A stretch of DNA of 64,000 bases from an uncultured Sutterella sp. (GTDB lineage Bacteria > Pseudomonadota > Gammaproteobacteria > Burkholderiales > Burkholderiaceae_F). The DNA is taken from positions 34,270 through 98,269 of the forward strand of contig CAAGAT010000074.1 of NCBI GenBank assembly GCA_900767875.1, written 5' to 3'. The translations under genes were made by a program, and so were the position numbers. Shown in pieces: positions 40,991-50,221 of the stretch (position 1 is the first letter of the stretch; each line of letters starts with the position of its first letter). Below the pieces are notes generated by a model. It searched no databases. It saw only the letters and a program-made list of their open reading frames with translations, and was not told where the DNA came from.

Positions 40991-42235
40991 TCAGGCGGCC
41001 TTGACCGCCGGGGCGCAGGCCGCCTCGACGTAGTCGCGCCAGACCTCCTCGGCCGTGGGTAGACGCCAGCTGCCGTCGCTCAGGCGCTCGGTCACCTCCT
41101 TAAGGCGCGAGACGCTCGCCCCGCACGTCCAGACCTTGAAGTTGCGCATGTGCGTGCACAGGCAGCACTTGGAGTGCTCGGGCATCGGTTCGATCTTGAT
41201 CTTGCCGTGGCGCGCGAACCATTCCTTGACGTAGGAGCACTCGCCCTTTTGCAGCAGATAGCCGTAGGCCTCGCAGTTGGGACGAATGTCGCTCGTGATG
41301 GCGGGCGAATCCTTGAGCATGCGCATCGGGTAGCCCGTCGTCGAGTAGTGGTTGACCTCCACGTCCTCCTCGTTGGCGCTGATGTAGCGCTGCTTGACCT
41401 TCTCGGGCAGGCCGCTTTCGGCCGTCACGGCAAAGCGGGTGGCCACCTGCACGCCCGCGGCGCCCACGTCGCGCACGAAGTGCACCGCATCCTCGCTCGT
41501 GAAGATGCCGCCCGCAGCAAAGACGGGGATGTCGTAGTGATTGTCCTCGAGCCACTTGAGAACGTCGCGCACGATGTCCTCGAGGTTGTATTCGGCCCAG
41601 TCGTCCCCAAAGCCCAGGTGACCGCCCGCCAGGGGGCCTTCGACGACGATGTAGTCGGGCAGACGGCCGACCGCGGCGGCGCGCTTCATGAAGATCTGCA
41701 GAGCTCGGGTGCTCGAGACGATGGTGCCGATCAGGGCCTCACGGAAACGCGGATTGTCCTGCATGAGCTTCATACTCGACATGTGCAGGCCCGCCGAGAG
41801 CGTGATGCCGTCGATGCCGCCGTCCAAAGCCGCGTTCAGACGCGTCTTGAGCGTTTCCTGGCTCGTGTTCATCGTGAGCTTTTCCATGCAGTTGATGAGA
41901 ATGAGCCCGCGGCCGGTTTTGCGGCTCATGATGTCGGCGATGTAGCGGCGGGTGACGTCGGCCAGGCGCGCGAGATCAAACTGAATCGGGCTCTTGTCGT
42001 ACGTGTCGGCCAGATCCTTGTAGCGGTGGATCTTTTCCTTACACACGCTCGTGCCGAAGTGCTTGTCGGCCACTTCCATCAGAAGGGCGTCGGACAGATG
42101 GGCGATGCCGCCGAGCTTTTCCACGGCCAGCGCCAGTTCGGCATTGGAAATGTTCACGCCCATGCCGCCCACCATCAGCGGTGCGTAGGAGCGGTTGCGG
42201 AAAGTGATGGGAAAATCGGAAAGTCGATCGCTCAT
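40991..42235 (-). CDS. nitronate monooxygenase (NMO/2-nitropropane dioxygenase-like FMN oxidoreductase) with Cys-rich C-terminal extension
   Basis: NMO family core (LMVGGMGVNIS, VVEGPLAGGHLG) plus a roughly 90-aa C-terminal extension containing KGECSY..SKCCLCTHMRNFKVWTCG. Confidence 0.7.
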   Translation of the reverse strand: MSDRLSDFPITFRNRSYAPLMVGGMGVNISNAELALAVEKLGGIAHLSDALLMEVADKHFGTSVCKEKIHRYKDLADTYDKSPIQFDLARLADVTRRYIADIMSRKTGRGLILINCMEKLTMNTSQETLKTRLNAALDGGIDGITLSAGLHMSSMKLMQDNPRFREALIGTIVSSTRALQIFMKRAAAVGRLPDYIVVEGPLAGGHLGFGDDWAEYNLEDIVRDVLKWLEDNHYDIPVFAAGGIFTSEDAVHFVRDVGAAGVQVATRFAVTAESGLPEKVKQRYISANEEDVEVNHYSTTGYPMRMLKDSPAITSDIRPNCEAYGYLLQKGECSYVKEWFARHGKIKIEPMPEHSKCCLCTHMRNFKVWTCGASVSRLKEVTERLSDGSWRLPTAEEVWRDYVEAACAPAVKAA

Positions 42236-42252
42236 TGATTGGGTGTCCTTGA

Positions 42253-42295
42253 CGCGAAATGATGTTCAAACGATTGGGAACATCATTTTTTCGCG
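42253..42295. promoter_or_regulatory. inverted repeat abutting the NMO ribosome-binding site
   Basis: CGCGAAATGATGTTC-N10-GAACATCATTTTTTCGCG, 18-60 nt upstream of the NMO start codon, directly next to the AAGGA RBS. Confidence 0.4.
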
Positions 42296-42389
42296 TTTGT
42301 CACCCCAAAAACCGACCCCAAAATTCAGAGCATATCCGCATTTTTCGACCCCCCAAAAACGCTTCCGTTTGTGCTATGGGCAAAGCGTT

Positions 42390-42893
42390 TCAGGACCCGA
42401 AGGCGGATTTATAAGCTTGAATGGCCGCCAGCGTGTCGAGCCGATCCGGGTGCGCTTCGCTCTGGCGCCGCACCCGCTCGCGCTCGGGCGTGACTTTGCC
42501 GCCCGCCTTCGCGGTCATCATTTCAAAGACCGCCGGGTCAATGCGACCGCGGCACAAAAATTCGGTTTTGAGGGTGTTGCCCTCGCCCGCGGCCACGAGC
42601 TGAGCGCTCGTTTTGTGCATCCACGCGCGGGCCTGCTCCGAGGTCGGATCGCCGCCGAGCGTGGCAAAGCAGGCGATGTCGCGCGCGCGGATCTTGGCGG
42701 CGGCCGCCGCCATGTCTTCGGGGGCCATGCCGCGGTCGCACCAAAAGCACAGCACGATCGGGTTGTAGTCCGCCAGATCTTCGGGCATGTCCGCGGCGTT
42801 GACGTACCCGCACGCGCCGAGCGCGTCCTGCAGGGCGCGGGCGATGACGCGCGTATTGCCCGTTTTGGAGCTCACGACAATCAGAGGTTTCAT
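42390..42893 (-). CDS. flavodoxin-family protein, 167 aa
   Basis: Start at MKPLIVVSSKTGNTRVIARAL, a flavodoxin FMN-binding loop. Confidence 0.7.
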   Translation of the reverse strand: MKPLIVVSSKTGNTRVIARALQDALGACGYVNAADMPEDLADYNPIVLCFWCDRGMAPEDMAAAAAKIRARDIACFATLGGDPTSEQARAWMHKTSAQLVAAGEGNTLKTEFLCRGRIDPAVFEMMTAKAGGKVTPERERVRRQSEAHPDRLDTLAAIQAYKSAFGS

Positions 42894-42928
42894 GGGTTGT
42901 TCCCTTTGGTTGGGCCCCAAGGGGCGCG

Positions 42929-43831
42929 TTAGGAGTGGATGCGGGCGTTCCGGACGTCGAGCCAGTCGCTGCCCGGCTCCTCGGGCACGAGCACCGACAC
43001 GTTCAGGCTCGTGGTGGTGGCCAGACGGTGCGCGGCCGCGTAGGCCGCCGCCTGCCCGGCAAATTTGGGATCGTTGTCGGCAAAGATCACCACATAGCGC
43101 ACCTGCGGCGGAATGTGGGCAAAGTCGCTCAGATTGGCGCAGCCCAGCGTCGCCCACACGGGAATGCCCTTGAGGGTCTGCGCCGCCAGCGCCGTCTCGA
43201 TGCCTTCGGCCAGACCGAGCATGTCGCCCACGGGGCCTCCTAGGTGCACGGCGCCGCCCTTGGCCGCACCGGGCAGCAGTTTTTTGGGCACCTCGACGGC
43301 GGCCTTGTGGCCGTCCTGGTCCAGGTACGTGCGGTGCAGGTTGATGACGATGCCGTTTTCGTCCGTCACGCGCGCGAGCATGGCCGGGTGCTGCGTCAGC
43401 GTCCCGTCCTCGTGGCGGTATTCCAGGCTCGGATGGCAGCGCAGCTCGAAACCGGCGACGGCCGGGTTGAGTCCGCGGCCCCGCAGGTATTTGTAGACCG
43501 GATCACCCTCGCGCAGGGGAGAAGCCTGCGCCCAGAGCGCCATGCGCTCGCGGGCGGTTTCCTTTTGCTTGAGTTCGGCTTCCGTGAGCAGCACGCGAGC
43601 GTCGGCCTTTTGCCCCTGCCAGACGATGCCGCAGAAGCGCTCGACGATTTCCAGGGCCTCGATAAAGCCGCACTGGCGGTAGCGGGAAATGAGGTCAAAG
43701 CCGTCGCCCGCCCCGCAGCCGCGGCAGATGAAGTTTCCGCGGCCCCAGCGGTCGGTAAAGGAAAAGCGGTCCGTGCCGCCGCACACCGGACAGGGCCGCC
43801 CCTTGCAGCGGGCAAAATGGCTCTCGTCCAT
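42929..43831 (-). CDS. primase-like protein: N-terminal zinc-ribbon (P4-alpha/TraC type) plus C-terminal Toprim domain, about 300 aa
   Basis: CPVCGGTDRFSFTDRWGRGNFICRGCGAGDGFDLI matches the primase-helicase Zn-ribbon. C-terminal LAEGIETAL ... VVIFADNDPKF matches Toprim Glu and DxD. Start placed at MDESHF; the track ORF extends to 43960. Confidence 0.65.
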   Translation of the reverse strand: MDESHFARCKGRPCPVCGGTDRFSFTDRWGRGNFICRGCGAGDGFDLISRYRQCGFIEALEIVERFCGIVWQGQKADARVLLTEAELKQKETARERMALWAQASPLREGDPVYKYLRGRGLNPAVAGFELRCHPSLEYRHEDGTLTQHPAMLARVTDENGIVINLHRTYLDQDGHKAAVEVPKKLLPGAAKGGAVHLGGPVGDMLGLAEGIETALAAQTLKGIPVWATLGCANLSDFAHIPPQVRYVVIFADNDPKFAGQAAAYAAAHRLATTTSLNVSVLVPEEPGSDWLDVRNARIHS

Positions 43832-43920
43832 GCCGCAGGAGACGAAAATGGCCAGCCAATGTGACGGCAGCCTGGGTGCGCAGCGCCAGCGAGTTGTCGA
43901 GTTCGTGCACGAGGCTCCCC

Positions 43921-44442
43921 TTAAAAGAACATCAGCCCCAAGCGATCGTTCGTCTTCCAAGGATCCTGCGTGACCTCGAGCGAGCGCAGCACACCCGTTT
44001 TGTCAAACTGCGGCCACACGGCCATGTCAAAGCCGCCCGGCGCCTTGTAGCGGTACATCCAGGCGTGCTCGCCCACGAGAGTGAATTCGTACTTTTGGGC
44101 GCACTTGCCCCACAGGGCCCAGACGTCGGCTTCGGTGGATTTGCCGGGCGTGAGCAGACTGAAATACTTTTCCTGCAGTCCCAGCTCTCGCCCGACGACG
44201 CGGCCGTTTTGGTCCACGAAGATCCACCAGACGTCCTGCCCGAAGGGCTGGCCGCTGTAGGTGTAGCGCACCGTGCCGTCTTTCATGGGCGTTTTGGCGG
44301 CGGGCTCGCCCAGGTAGGAGATGACCTGCTGCTGCGTCGCGCCGAGCTCGACGAGCTGCGGGTGCGCGCAGCCGCCCAGCACGAGGGTCGTGCCCAGGGC
44401 GCAGGTCAGCAAAAAGGCGTTGAGGCGGCCAGTGGCGGACAT
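43921..44442 (-). CDS. lipoprotein of unknown function, paralog A
   Basis: Lipobox LVLGGCAHPQ; about 80% identical to the adjacent gene. Confidence 0.6.
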   Translation of the reverse strand: MSATGRLNAFLLTCALGTTLVLGGCAHPQLVELGATQQQVISYLGEPAAKTPMKDGTVRYTYSGQPFGQDVWWIFVDQNGRVVGRELGLQEKYFSLLTPGKSTEADVWALWGKCAQKYEFTLVGEHAWMYRYKAPGGFDMAVWPQFDKTGVLRSLEVTQDPWKTNDRLGLMFF

Positions 44443-44481
44443 AAGCGTTCTCCCGTCGGATTAAAGCCGCCCACGGACGGC

Positions 44482-44985
44482 TTATTCGTAATCGCTCGAG
44501 TCGTTGAGCGTCCAGGGGTCCAGCGTCGTTTCAAGCGAACGCAGCACCCCGTCGGCGTCAAACTGAGGCCAGACGGCCATGTTAAAGCCGTCCGGCGCCT
44601 TGTAACGGTACATCCAGGCGTGCTGCTTGACGAGCGGGAACTCATACTTTTCGGCGCACTTGCCCCACAGGGCCCAGACGTCGGCTTCGGTGGACTTGCC
44701 CGGCGTGAGCATGCCGAAATACTTTTCCTGCAGCCCCTGCTCGCGGCCGACCACGCGGCCGTTTTGATCCACAAAGAGCCACCAGACGTCCTGCCCGAAG
44801 GGCTGGCCGCTGTAGGTGTAGCGCACCGTGCCGTCGCTCATGGGCGTTTTGGCGGCGGGCTCACCCAGATAGGAAATCACTTCCTGCTGCGTCTGGCCCA
44901 TCGACAACAACTGCGGGTGTGCGCAACCGGCCAGAATCACGGCCGCGCAGGCGGCTGCGGCCAGTGCCGGAATGGTCTTGAACAT
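44482..44985 (-). CDS. lipoprotein of unknown function, paralog B
   Basis: Lipobox ILAGCAHPQ; shares ISYLGEPAAKTPM.DGTVRYTYSGQPFGQDVWW.FVDQNGRVVGRE.GLQEKYF with paralog A. Confidence 0.6.
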   Translation of the reverse strand: MFKTIPALAAAACAAVILAGCAHPQLLSMGQTQQEVISYLGEPAAKTPMSDGTVRYTYSGQPFGQDVWWLFVDQNGRVVGREQGLQEKYFGMLTPGKSTEADVWALWGKCAEKYEFPLVKQHAWMYRYKAPDGFNMAVWPQFDADGVLRSLETTLDPWTLNDSSDYE

Positions 44986-45027
44986 GTTCCGAACCTCCGG
45001 ATGCTTTCAACTCCCACGGGGAGCCGA

Positions 45028-45702
45028 TCAGAGCTTGTCGAGGTGATGCTCGACGGCAAAAACGGCCGCCTGAACGCGGCTCTTGATGTTGAGCTTGCGC
45101 AGCACGCTCTGCACGTGCACCTTGACGGTCGATTCGGCCAGATCGAGCGTGCGGGCGATTTCCTTGTTGGAAACGCCGCGGGCCAGCCAAGCCAGCGTCT
45201 GACGTTCGCGCGGAGTCAGGGACTCGATGTCGGCCGTGGCCGAGCTCGTGCGGAACGAGTCGTTGCGCAGCTTCATCACGAGCTTGCTCGTCATTTCGGG
45301 CGAAATGACCGAGTCGCCCGCCACGGCGTGGCGGATGCTCTGCAGCAGGAAGTCGGCGTCGATCTTCTTGAGCAGATAGCCGACGGCGCCCAGGCGCATG
45401 CATTCGGCCAGATCGTCGCCGTCTTCGCTCACCGTGAGCATGAGCACCTTCATGGTCGGATCGATTTCCAGAATCTGCGCCAGGGCTTCGTTGCCGCTCA
45501 TCGTGGGCATGTCCAGATCCAGAAGAACGATGTCGGGCTTGATCTGTTCGACCAACTTGACGCCCTCAAGGCCGTCGGCGGCCTCGCCCACGACCTCAAA
45601 GTCGCTCTGGCGGGTCAGCAACGCCTTAAGGCCGCTGCGAAAAAGCGTGTGATCGTCGATCAGCGCGATACGGATTTTTTCCTTGCTTGCTTCTGCAGTC
45701 AT
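45028..45702 (-). CDS. NarL/FixJ-family response regulator (REC plus LuxR-type HTH), no adjacent sensor kinase
   Basis: Start at MTAEASKEKIRIALIDDH; receiver Asp in VLLDLDMP; C-terminal LTPRERQTLAWLARGVSNKEIA LuxR HTH. Confidence 0.85.
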   Translation of the reverse strand: MTAEASKEKIRIALIDDHTLFRSGLKALLTRQSDFEVVGEAADGLEGVKLVEQIKPDIVLLDLDMPTMSGNEALAQILEIDPTMKVLMLTVSEDGDDLAECMRLGAVGYLLKKIDADFLLQSIRHAVAGDSVISPEMTSKLVMKLRNDSFRTSSATADIESLTPRERQTLAWLARGVSNKEIARTLDLAESTVKVHVQSVLRKLNIKSRVQAAVFAVEHHLDKL

Positions 45703-45826
45703 ATGAATACCTGCTGCTCGTTGATTTTCTCGGCATGCGCACGCGTGCTTTGGGGGCATGCGCAAATTTGTCAGTGAGATTAGCGCATTTTGCCCCGAGC
45801 AGGGTGATCGGCCGCCGGCAAATGCC

Positions 45827-45864
45827 GAAAAAAACCGCCCTCGAACACGCGTCCGGGGCGGCTG
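45827..45864 (-). terminator. rho-independent terminator downstream of secB
   Basis: Minus strand reads CAGCCGCCCCGGACGCGTGTTCGAGGGCGGTTTTTTT. Confidence 0.6.
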
Positions 45865-45920
45865 TGCGGCGGGCAAAAACGGTGCGGTCCGTACGGCGCG
45901 CACCGTCACTCACGCACCGA

Positions 45921-46463
45921 TTAGGCGTTGGCTTCGGTCGGAGCGGCCGCAGCGGTGCCTTCCTGCTGCTGCTTTTGAGCCTGCTGCGCGAGGCGCTGCT
46001 GGTACAGGCCTTCGAAGTTGACTTCGGGCAGATGCACCGGGGGCAGACCCGTGCGGTTGATGAGGTCGGCCAGGTTGGCGCGCAGGTACGGGTAGATCGT
46101 GGCGGCGCACAGCACGTGCAGCAGATGATGCACGCCTTCCTGCGGGATGCCGCGGATTTCGAAGATACCGGCCTGCTTGCCTTCCACGAGAAACATCGTC
46201 TGGCCCTTGACGGCCACCGTGATCGTGCCGCGCACCACCACTTCGTAGGTGTTCGGGATCTGCAAAGCGCGCTGGGACACTTCAAACTGAATGTCCACGT
46301 TGGGCTGCTCTTCGGGAGCGGTCATGAAGATTTCCGGAGCATGCGGCATTTCCAGCGATGCGTCCTTCATGTAGCAGCGGATGAGCTGGAAGAACGGTTC
46401 GTTCTTGTCCTGAGCCTGCTGGCCCTGCGCTTCAGTGTTTTCGATGCTGTTTTCTTCTGCCAT
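45921..46463 (-). CDS. secB: protein-export chaperone SecB
   Basis: 180 aa; FFQLIRCYMKDASLEMPHAP ... full-length SecB resemblance with an acidic/Q-rich tail. Confidence 0.9.
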   Translation of the reverse strand: MAEENSIENTEAQGQQAQDKNEPFFQLIRCYMKDASLEMPHAPEIFMTAPEEQPNVDIQFEVSQRALQIPNTYEVVVRGTITVAVKGQTMFLVEGKQAGIFEIRGIPQEGVHHLLHVLCAATIYPYLRANLADLINRTGLPPVHLPEVNFEGLYQQRLAQQAQKQQQEGTAAAAPTEANA

Positions 46464-46519
46464 TTTTGGCTGACTCCGTCAATGGGTTTCGTGAAAAAGG
46501 TGTGAGTTATCGGCGCGCG

Positions 46520-46921
46520 TTAGCGGCGAAACGGCGTGCCCGAGCGACGCCAGGCGTTGAGACCGCCCTGCAGCACGTAGACCTGCTTGCAACCGACGCC
46601 GCGCAGCAGGGGCGAGGCCATGCGGGCGCGCTTGCCGTTGTCGTCGACGAGCAGCACGGGCTTGTTCTTGTCGATCTTGTCGAGTTCGAGGTGGATGCGG
46701 TCGGCCGGAATGTTGATCGAGCGGGCGATGCATTCCTTCTTGAATTCGGCCGGATCACGCAGGTCGATGATCTGCGCGCCCTGGTGGTTGATCAGTTCGG
46801 TGGCCGAGGCGTTGTCCACTTCGGCAAAGCGGCGGCGGTTGACGTAGGGTGCCGCGAGCGTCACCACGCACACGAGAATGATGACCAAAAGCAGGATGTT
46901 GTCGATCAGAAATTGGTTCAC
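46520..46921 (-). CDS. membrane-anchored rhodanese-domain protein (YibN-like), upstream of secB as in E. coli yibN-grxC-secB
   Basis: N-terminal TM helix plus single rhodanese domain, 133 aa. Confidence 0.7.
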   Translation of the reverse strand: MNQFLIDNILLLVIILVCVVTLAAPYVNRRRFAEVDNASATELINHQGAQIIDLRDPAEFKKECIARSINIPADRIHLELDKIDKNKPVLLVDDNGKRARMASPLLRGVGCKQVYVLQGGLNAWRRSGTPFRR

Positions 46922-47211
46922 AGCCGTAGGTTCCTGTTTGCTTGCAAGTGCGCCCCCCGCGGGGGACGGCTTGGGGAAATATGGGGACGGGGGCCGCCCT
47001 TTTCAAGCGCGGCTCGGCGTTTGTCCCAACATGAACCGACGATTATAAAGACTCGACCCCTCAATAGGCGCCCCCGCCGTTTACCCCAACGAGGCCCGCG
47101 GGCGGCCTCGGGCGCGGGCGCATTCCACTAAAATAGGGGCGTCCCGCGGTGACGTTGTTGCGGCGGGCTTTTGTTCTGCCCGTCGGTTTTTCCTTGCATT
47201 TGCGCTCTCCG

Positions 47212-48519
47212 ATGCCTTTCGCGTTTTCTGCCAAACTCGTTGTCGCCGCGCTCTCGGCCCTGCTGCTGGCCGTGCCCGCGGCGGACGCGCCGGCCGCGCC
47301 AAGCTCGCAGTCGCAAAAGAAAAGCTCGCTGCAAAAGGAGCAGCGCTCCCTCAAGGGCGAAATCTCCTCGATCAAAAAGGACATCTCGCAAAAGGAAGCC
47401 AGTCTCGATAAGGTCAACGGAGAGCTCGAGGCCAGCGAAAAGGCCATTTCGCAGAGCAACCGCACCCTCAAGGATCTGGGCAGCAAAAAGACGGACGTGG
47501 AAAACCAGCTCGCCGACCTCAAGCGCGAGGCCGGCATCGTGAGCCTGCACGTCACCGAAGCCGAAAACCTCATCGCCAGCATCAGCCAGGCGCAGTTCGT
47601 CAACTCCCGGCGCCATCCCTGGCAGGCGGCCCTGTCGGGCAACAATCCCAACGACATCACGCGTCTGTCGGCCGTACTGCAGTACATGGCCCGCGAACAA
47701 GACCGCACGATCGATCGGCTCGCCAACCGCCGCAAAAACATTGAGGTGGTGACGGCCAAGACCAACCGCACGCAGCAGGAGCTGCTGCGCATCGAAAGCG
47801 CCGAGCAGAAAAACCGCGCCGAGCTCGAGCGGGAAAAAAACCGCCGCGAGTCGGCCTTCGCACAGCTCAAAAAGGAGCTCAGCACCCAAAAGGCCCGCTA
47901 CGAGCAGCTCGTCAAAAACGACCGGCAGCTCACCAACCTCATCGCCGACATCGACAAGCAGATCGCCGCGGCCGCCGCCAGCGAAAGCGCCCGCAAAAAG
48001 GCCCTGGCGGCCGCCAAAAAGCGCGAGCAGGAGGCCAAGCGCCCGAGCGCACGGCGTCAAACCGCCTCCTCGCGTCCGGACACGCGCCCGATCACCGTGG
48101 CGCCCGTGCGGGGCAACTTCGGCAAGCTGCGCGGCAAACTCACCATGCCCACCAAGGGCACGATCGTGGCCAAGTTCGGTCAAAAGCGCGAGGGTGCCGC
48201 CTCGACGCTGGCCTGGCGCGGCCTGCTGATCCGCGCCAAGCAGGGCCAGGACGTCGTGGCCGCCGCCTCGGGCACGGTCGTGTTCTCGGACTGGATGCGC
48301 GGCTTCGGCAACCTGCTCATCGTCGATCACGGCTCCAATTACCTGTCGGTGTACGCCAACAACGAAACGCTTTATAAGAGCGTGGGCGACGCCGTTAAAC
48401 AAGGCGACACAATTGCCAGCGTCGGCCGCTCGGGTGGTGAGGATGCCCCAGGCTTATACTTTGAGCTCCGCTACAAAGGCAAACCCTTTGACCCGGCGCG
48501 CTGGATCGCCAAGAACTGA
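47212..48519 (+). CDS. EnvC-like murein hydrolase activator (coiled coil plus LytM/M23 domain)
   Basis: Signal peptide, long coiled coil, C-terminal M23 domain (FGNLLIVDHGSNYLSVYAN..GLYFELRYKGKPFDP). Confidence 0.8.
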   Translation: MPFAFSAKLVVAALSALLLAVPAADAPAAPSSQSQKKSSLQKEQRSLKGEISSIKKDISQKEASLDKVNGELEASEKAISQSNRTLKDLGSKKTDVENQLADLKREAGIVSLHVTEAENLIASISQAQFVNSRRHPWQAALSGNNPNDITRLSAVLQYMAREQDRTIDRLANRRKNIEVVTAKTNRTQQELLRIESAEQKNRAELEREKNRRESAFAQLKKELSTQKARYEQLVKNDRQLTNLIADIDKQIAAAAASESARKKALAAAKKREQEAKRPSARRQTASSRPDTRPITVAPVRGNFGKLRGKLTMPTKGTIVAKFGQKREGAASTLAWRGLLIRAKQGQDVVAAASGTVVFSDWMRGFGNLLIVDHGSNYLSVYANNETLYKSVGDAVKQGDTIASVGRSGGEDAPGLYFELRYKGKPFDPARWIAKN

Positions 48520-48619
48520 CCGCGGGCCCGCGCGCCCCGCCTAGAAAAACACAAACGCCGGCCTGCGGCTGCGTCGGCTCCCCCGCCGCGCGTGTGCCCG
48601 CCGCTCCTTGGACTGAAAC

Positions 48620-50221
48620 ATGACTTCTCGACGCCTCAAAAGCTCCGCTTTTGCCCTTTTTCTGGCCTGCGGCCTGATCAGCGCCCCGGCCTGGTCGGCC
48701 GACGATCCGGCAAGCCCCGCCGCGGGGGAGGCGGCCGCTGCACCCGAGCAGAGCGCCCCCGCCGCCGAGAGCATTCCGCTTGAGGAAATCAGCCTTTTTG
48801 CCGACATCTTCGGCACCATCAAGAACTATTACGTCGATGAGGTCAGCAGCAAGGATCTCATTGAAAACGCCATTCACGGCATGGTCGAAGGGCTCGACCC
48901 GCACTCCTCGTACCTGGACTTCAAAGCCTTCAAGGACATGGAGGAGTCCACGATGGGTGAATTCGGCGGCCTCGGTCTGGAAGTGACCAAGGACGCGCAG
49001 GGCGTGCGCGTGGTCAACCCGATCGACGACACGCCCGCGGCCAAGGCCGGCGTCATGGCCGGCGACCTGATCGTCAAGATCGACGGCAAATCGACGGCCG
49101 ATCTGAGCCTGAACGAAAACGTCAAGCTCATGCGTGGCAAGCCCAAGACGTCCATTACGCTCACGATCGCCCGCAAGGGCGTCACCAAGCCGCTGGTGAT
49201 CAAGCTCGTGCGCGACATCATCAAGATTCAGTCGGTCAAGTCCAAGTCGCTCGGCGATGGCCTGGCCTACGTGCGCATCTCGCAGTTTCAGGAGCGCACT
49301 GCCGCCGACGTGGCCGACGCTCTGCTCAAGCTCAACAAGGCCTCGCCCCTCAAGGGCATTGTGCTCGATCTGCGCAACAACTCGGGCGGCCTACTCAATG
49401 CCGCCATCGGCGTGACGGCCGCCTTCGTCAAACCGGGCAGCCTCGTGGTCTCCACGCGCGGGCGCAATTCCGAAGACGAGCGCAAGTTCAACGCCGTCCC
49501 CGCCGACTACGCCACCGGCAAGAGCAACCAGGACGGCATCGCACGGCTGCCCGCGCTGACCAAGACCGTGCCCGTGGTCGTGCTCGTCAATTCGGCCTCG
49601 GCCTCGGCCTCCGAAATCGTGGCCGGCGCCCTGCAGGACCACAAGCGCGCCACCATCATGGGCACGCGCAGCTTCGGCAAGGGCAGCGTGCAGACCATCA
49701 TCCCGGTGCGCATGAAAAAGGACGAGACGACGGGCGTCAAGATCACGACGGCGCGCTACTACACCCCCTCGGGCCGCACGATTCAGGCCAAGGGCATCAC
49801 GCCCGACATCGCCGTGGACGACACGCCCGAAGGCAACTACCCCTCCTTCTCGATCCGCGAGGCCGAGCTCGCGCATCACCTCGAGGTGCAGGACAAGCAA
49901 AAGGCCAAGGACGACAAGAAGGCCGATCCCAAGAGCGATCCCAAGGCCGACGCCAAGACCAAGGACACCGACGCCGACGAGAACATGACGGACGAGGAAA
50001 CCGTCATGCCCAAGCTGCGCTACATCTTTGGCGACGACAAGGACTTCCCGCTGCAGCAGGCCAAGGCCTATCTCAAGGGGGAAAAGGTCATCACGCACGA
50101 GATGACCCAGGAAAAGCTCAAGGCCGAACGGGTCAAGAAAAAGGCCGCGGCTGATGCCAAAGCCGCCAAGAAGACCAACGCCAAGAAGGACACCAAGTCC
50201 GACGACGCCAACACGAAATGA
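48620..50221 (+). CDS. ctpA: carboxyl-terminal processing protease (S41 family, PDZ domain) with K/D/A-rich C-terminal tail
   Basis: PDZ (GGLGLEVTKDAQGVRVVNPIDDTPAAKAGVMAGDLIV); S41 catalytic region (VLVNSASASASEIVAGALQD..GTRSFGKGSVQT). Confidence 0.85.
   Translation: MTSRRLKSSAFALFLACGLISAPAWSADDPASPAAGEAAAAPEQSAPAAESIPLEEISLFADIFGTIKNYYVDEVSSKDLIENAIHGMVEGLDPHSSYLDFKAFKDMEESTMGEFGGLGLEVTKDAQGVRVVNPIDDTPAAKAGVMAGDLIVKIDGKSTADLSLNENVKLMRGKPKTSITLTIARKGVTKPLVIKLVRDIIKIQSVKSKSLGDGLAYVRISQFQERTAADVADALLKLNKASPLKGIVLDLRNNSGGLLNAAIGVTAAFVKPGSLVVSTRGRNSEDERKFNAVPADYATGKSNQDGIARLPALTKTVPVVVLVNSASASASEIVAGALQDHKRATIMGTRSFGKGSVQTIIPVRMKKDETTGVKITTARYYTPSGRTIQAKGITPDIAVDDTPEGNYPSFSIREAELAHHLEVQDKQKAKDDKKADPKSDPKADAKTKDTDADENMTDEETVMPKLRYIFGDDKDFPLQQAKAYLKGEKVITHEMTQEKLKAERVKKKAAADAKAAKKTNAKKDTKSDDANTK

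Larger units (their letters stand above)
43921..44985 (-). repeat. tandem direct duplication of a roughly 0.5-kb lipoprotein gene unit
   Basis: Two adjacent ORFs with about 80% protein identity and long identical nucleotide stretches (for example GTAGGTGTAGCGCACCGTGCCGTC in both). Confidence 0.7.

Noticed and set aside
42929-44985. Possible integrated mobile element around the primase-like gene
   Set aside because: No integrase, transposase, tRNA, direct-repeat boundaries or phage structural genes. Composition looks like the rest of the window. Kept only as an orphan gene finding.
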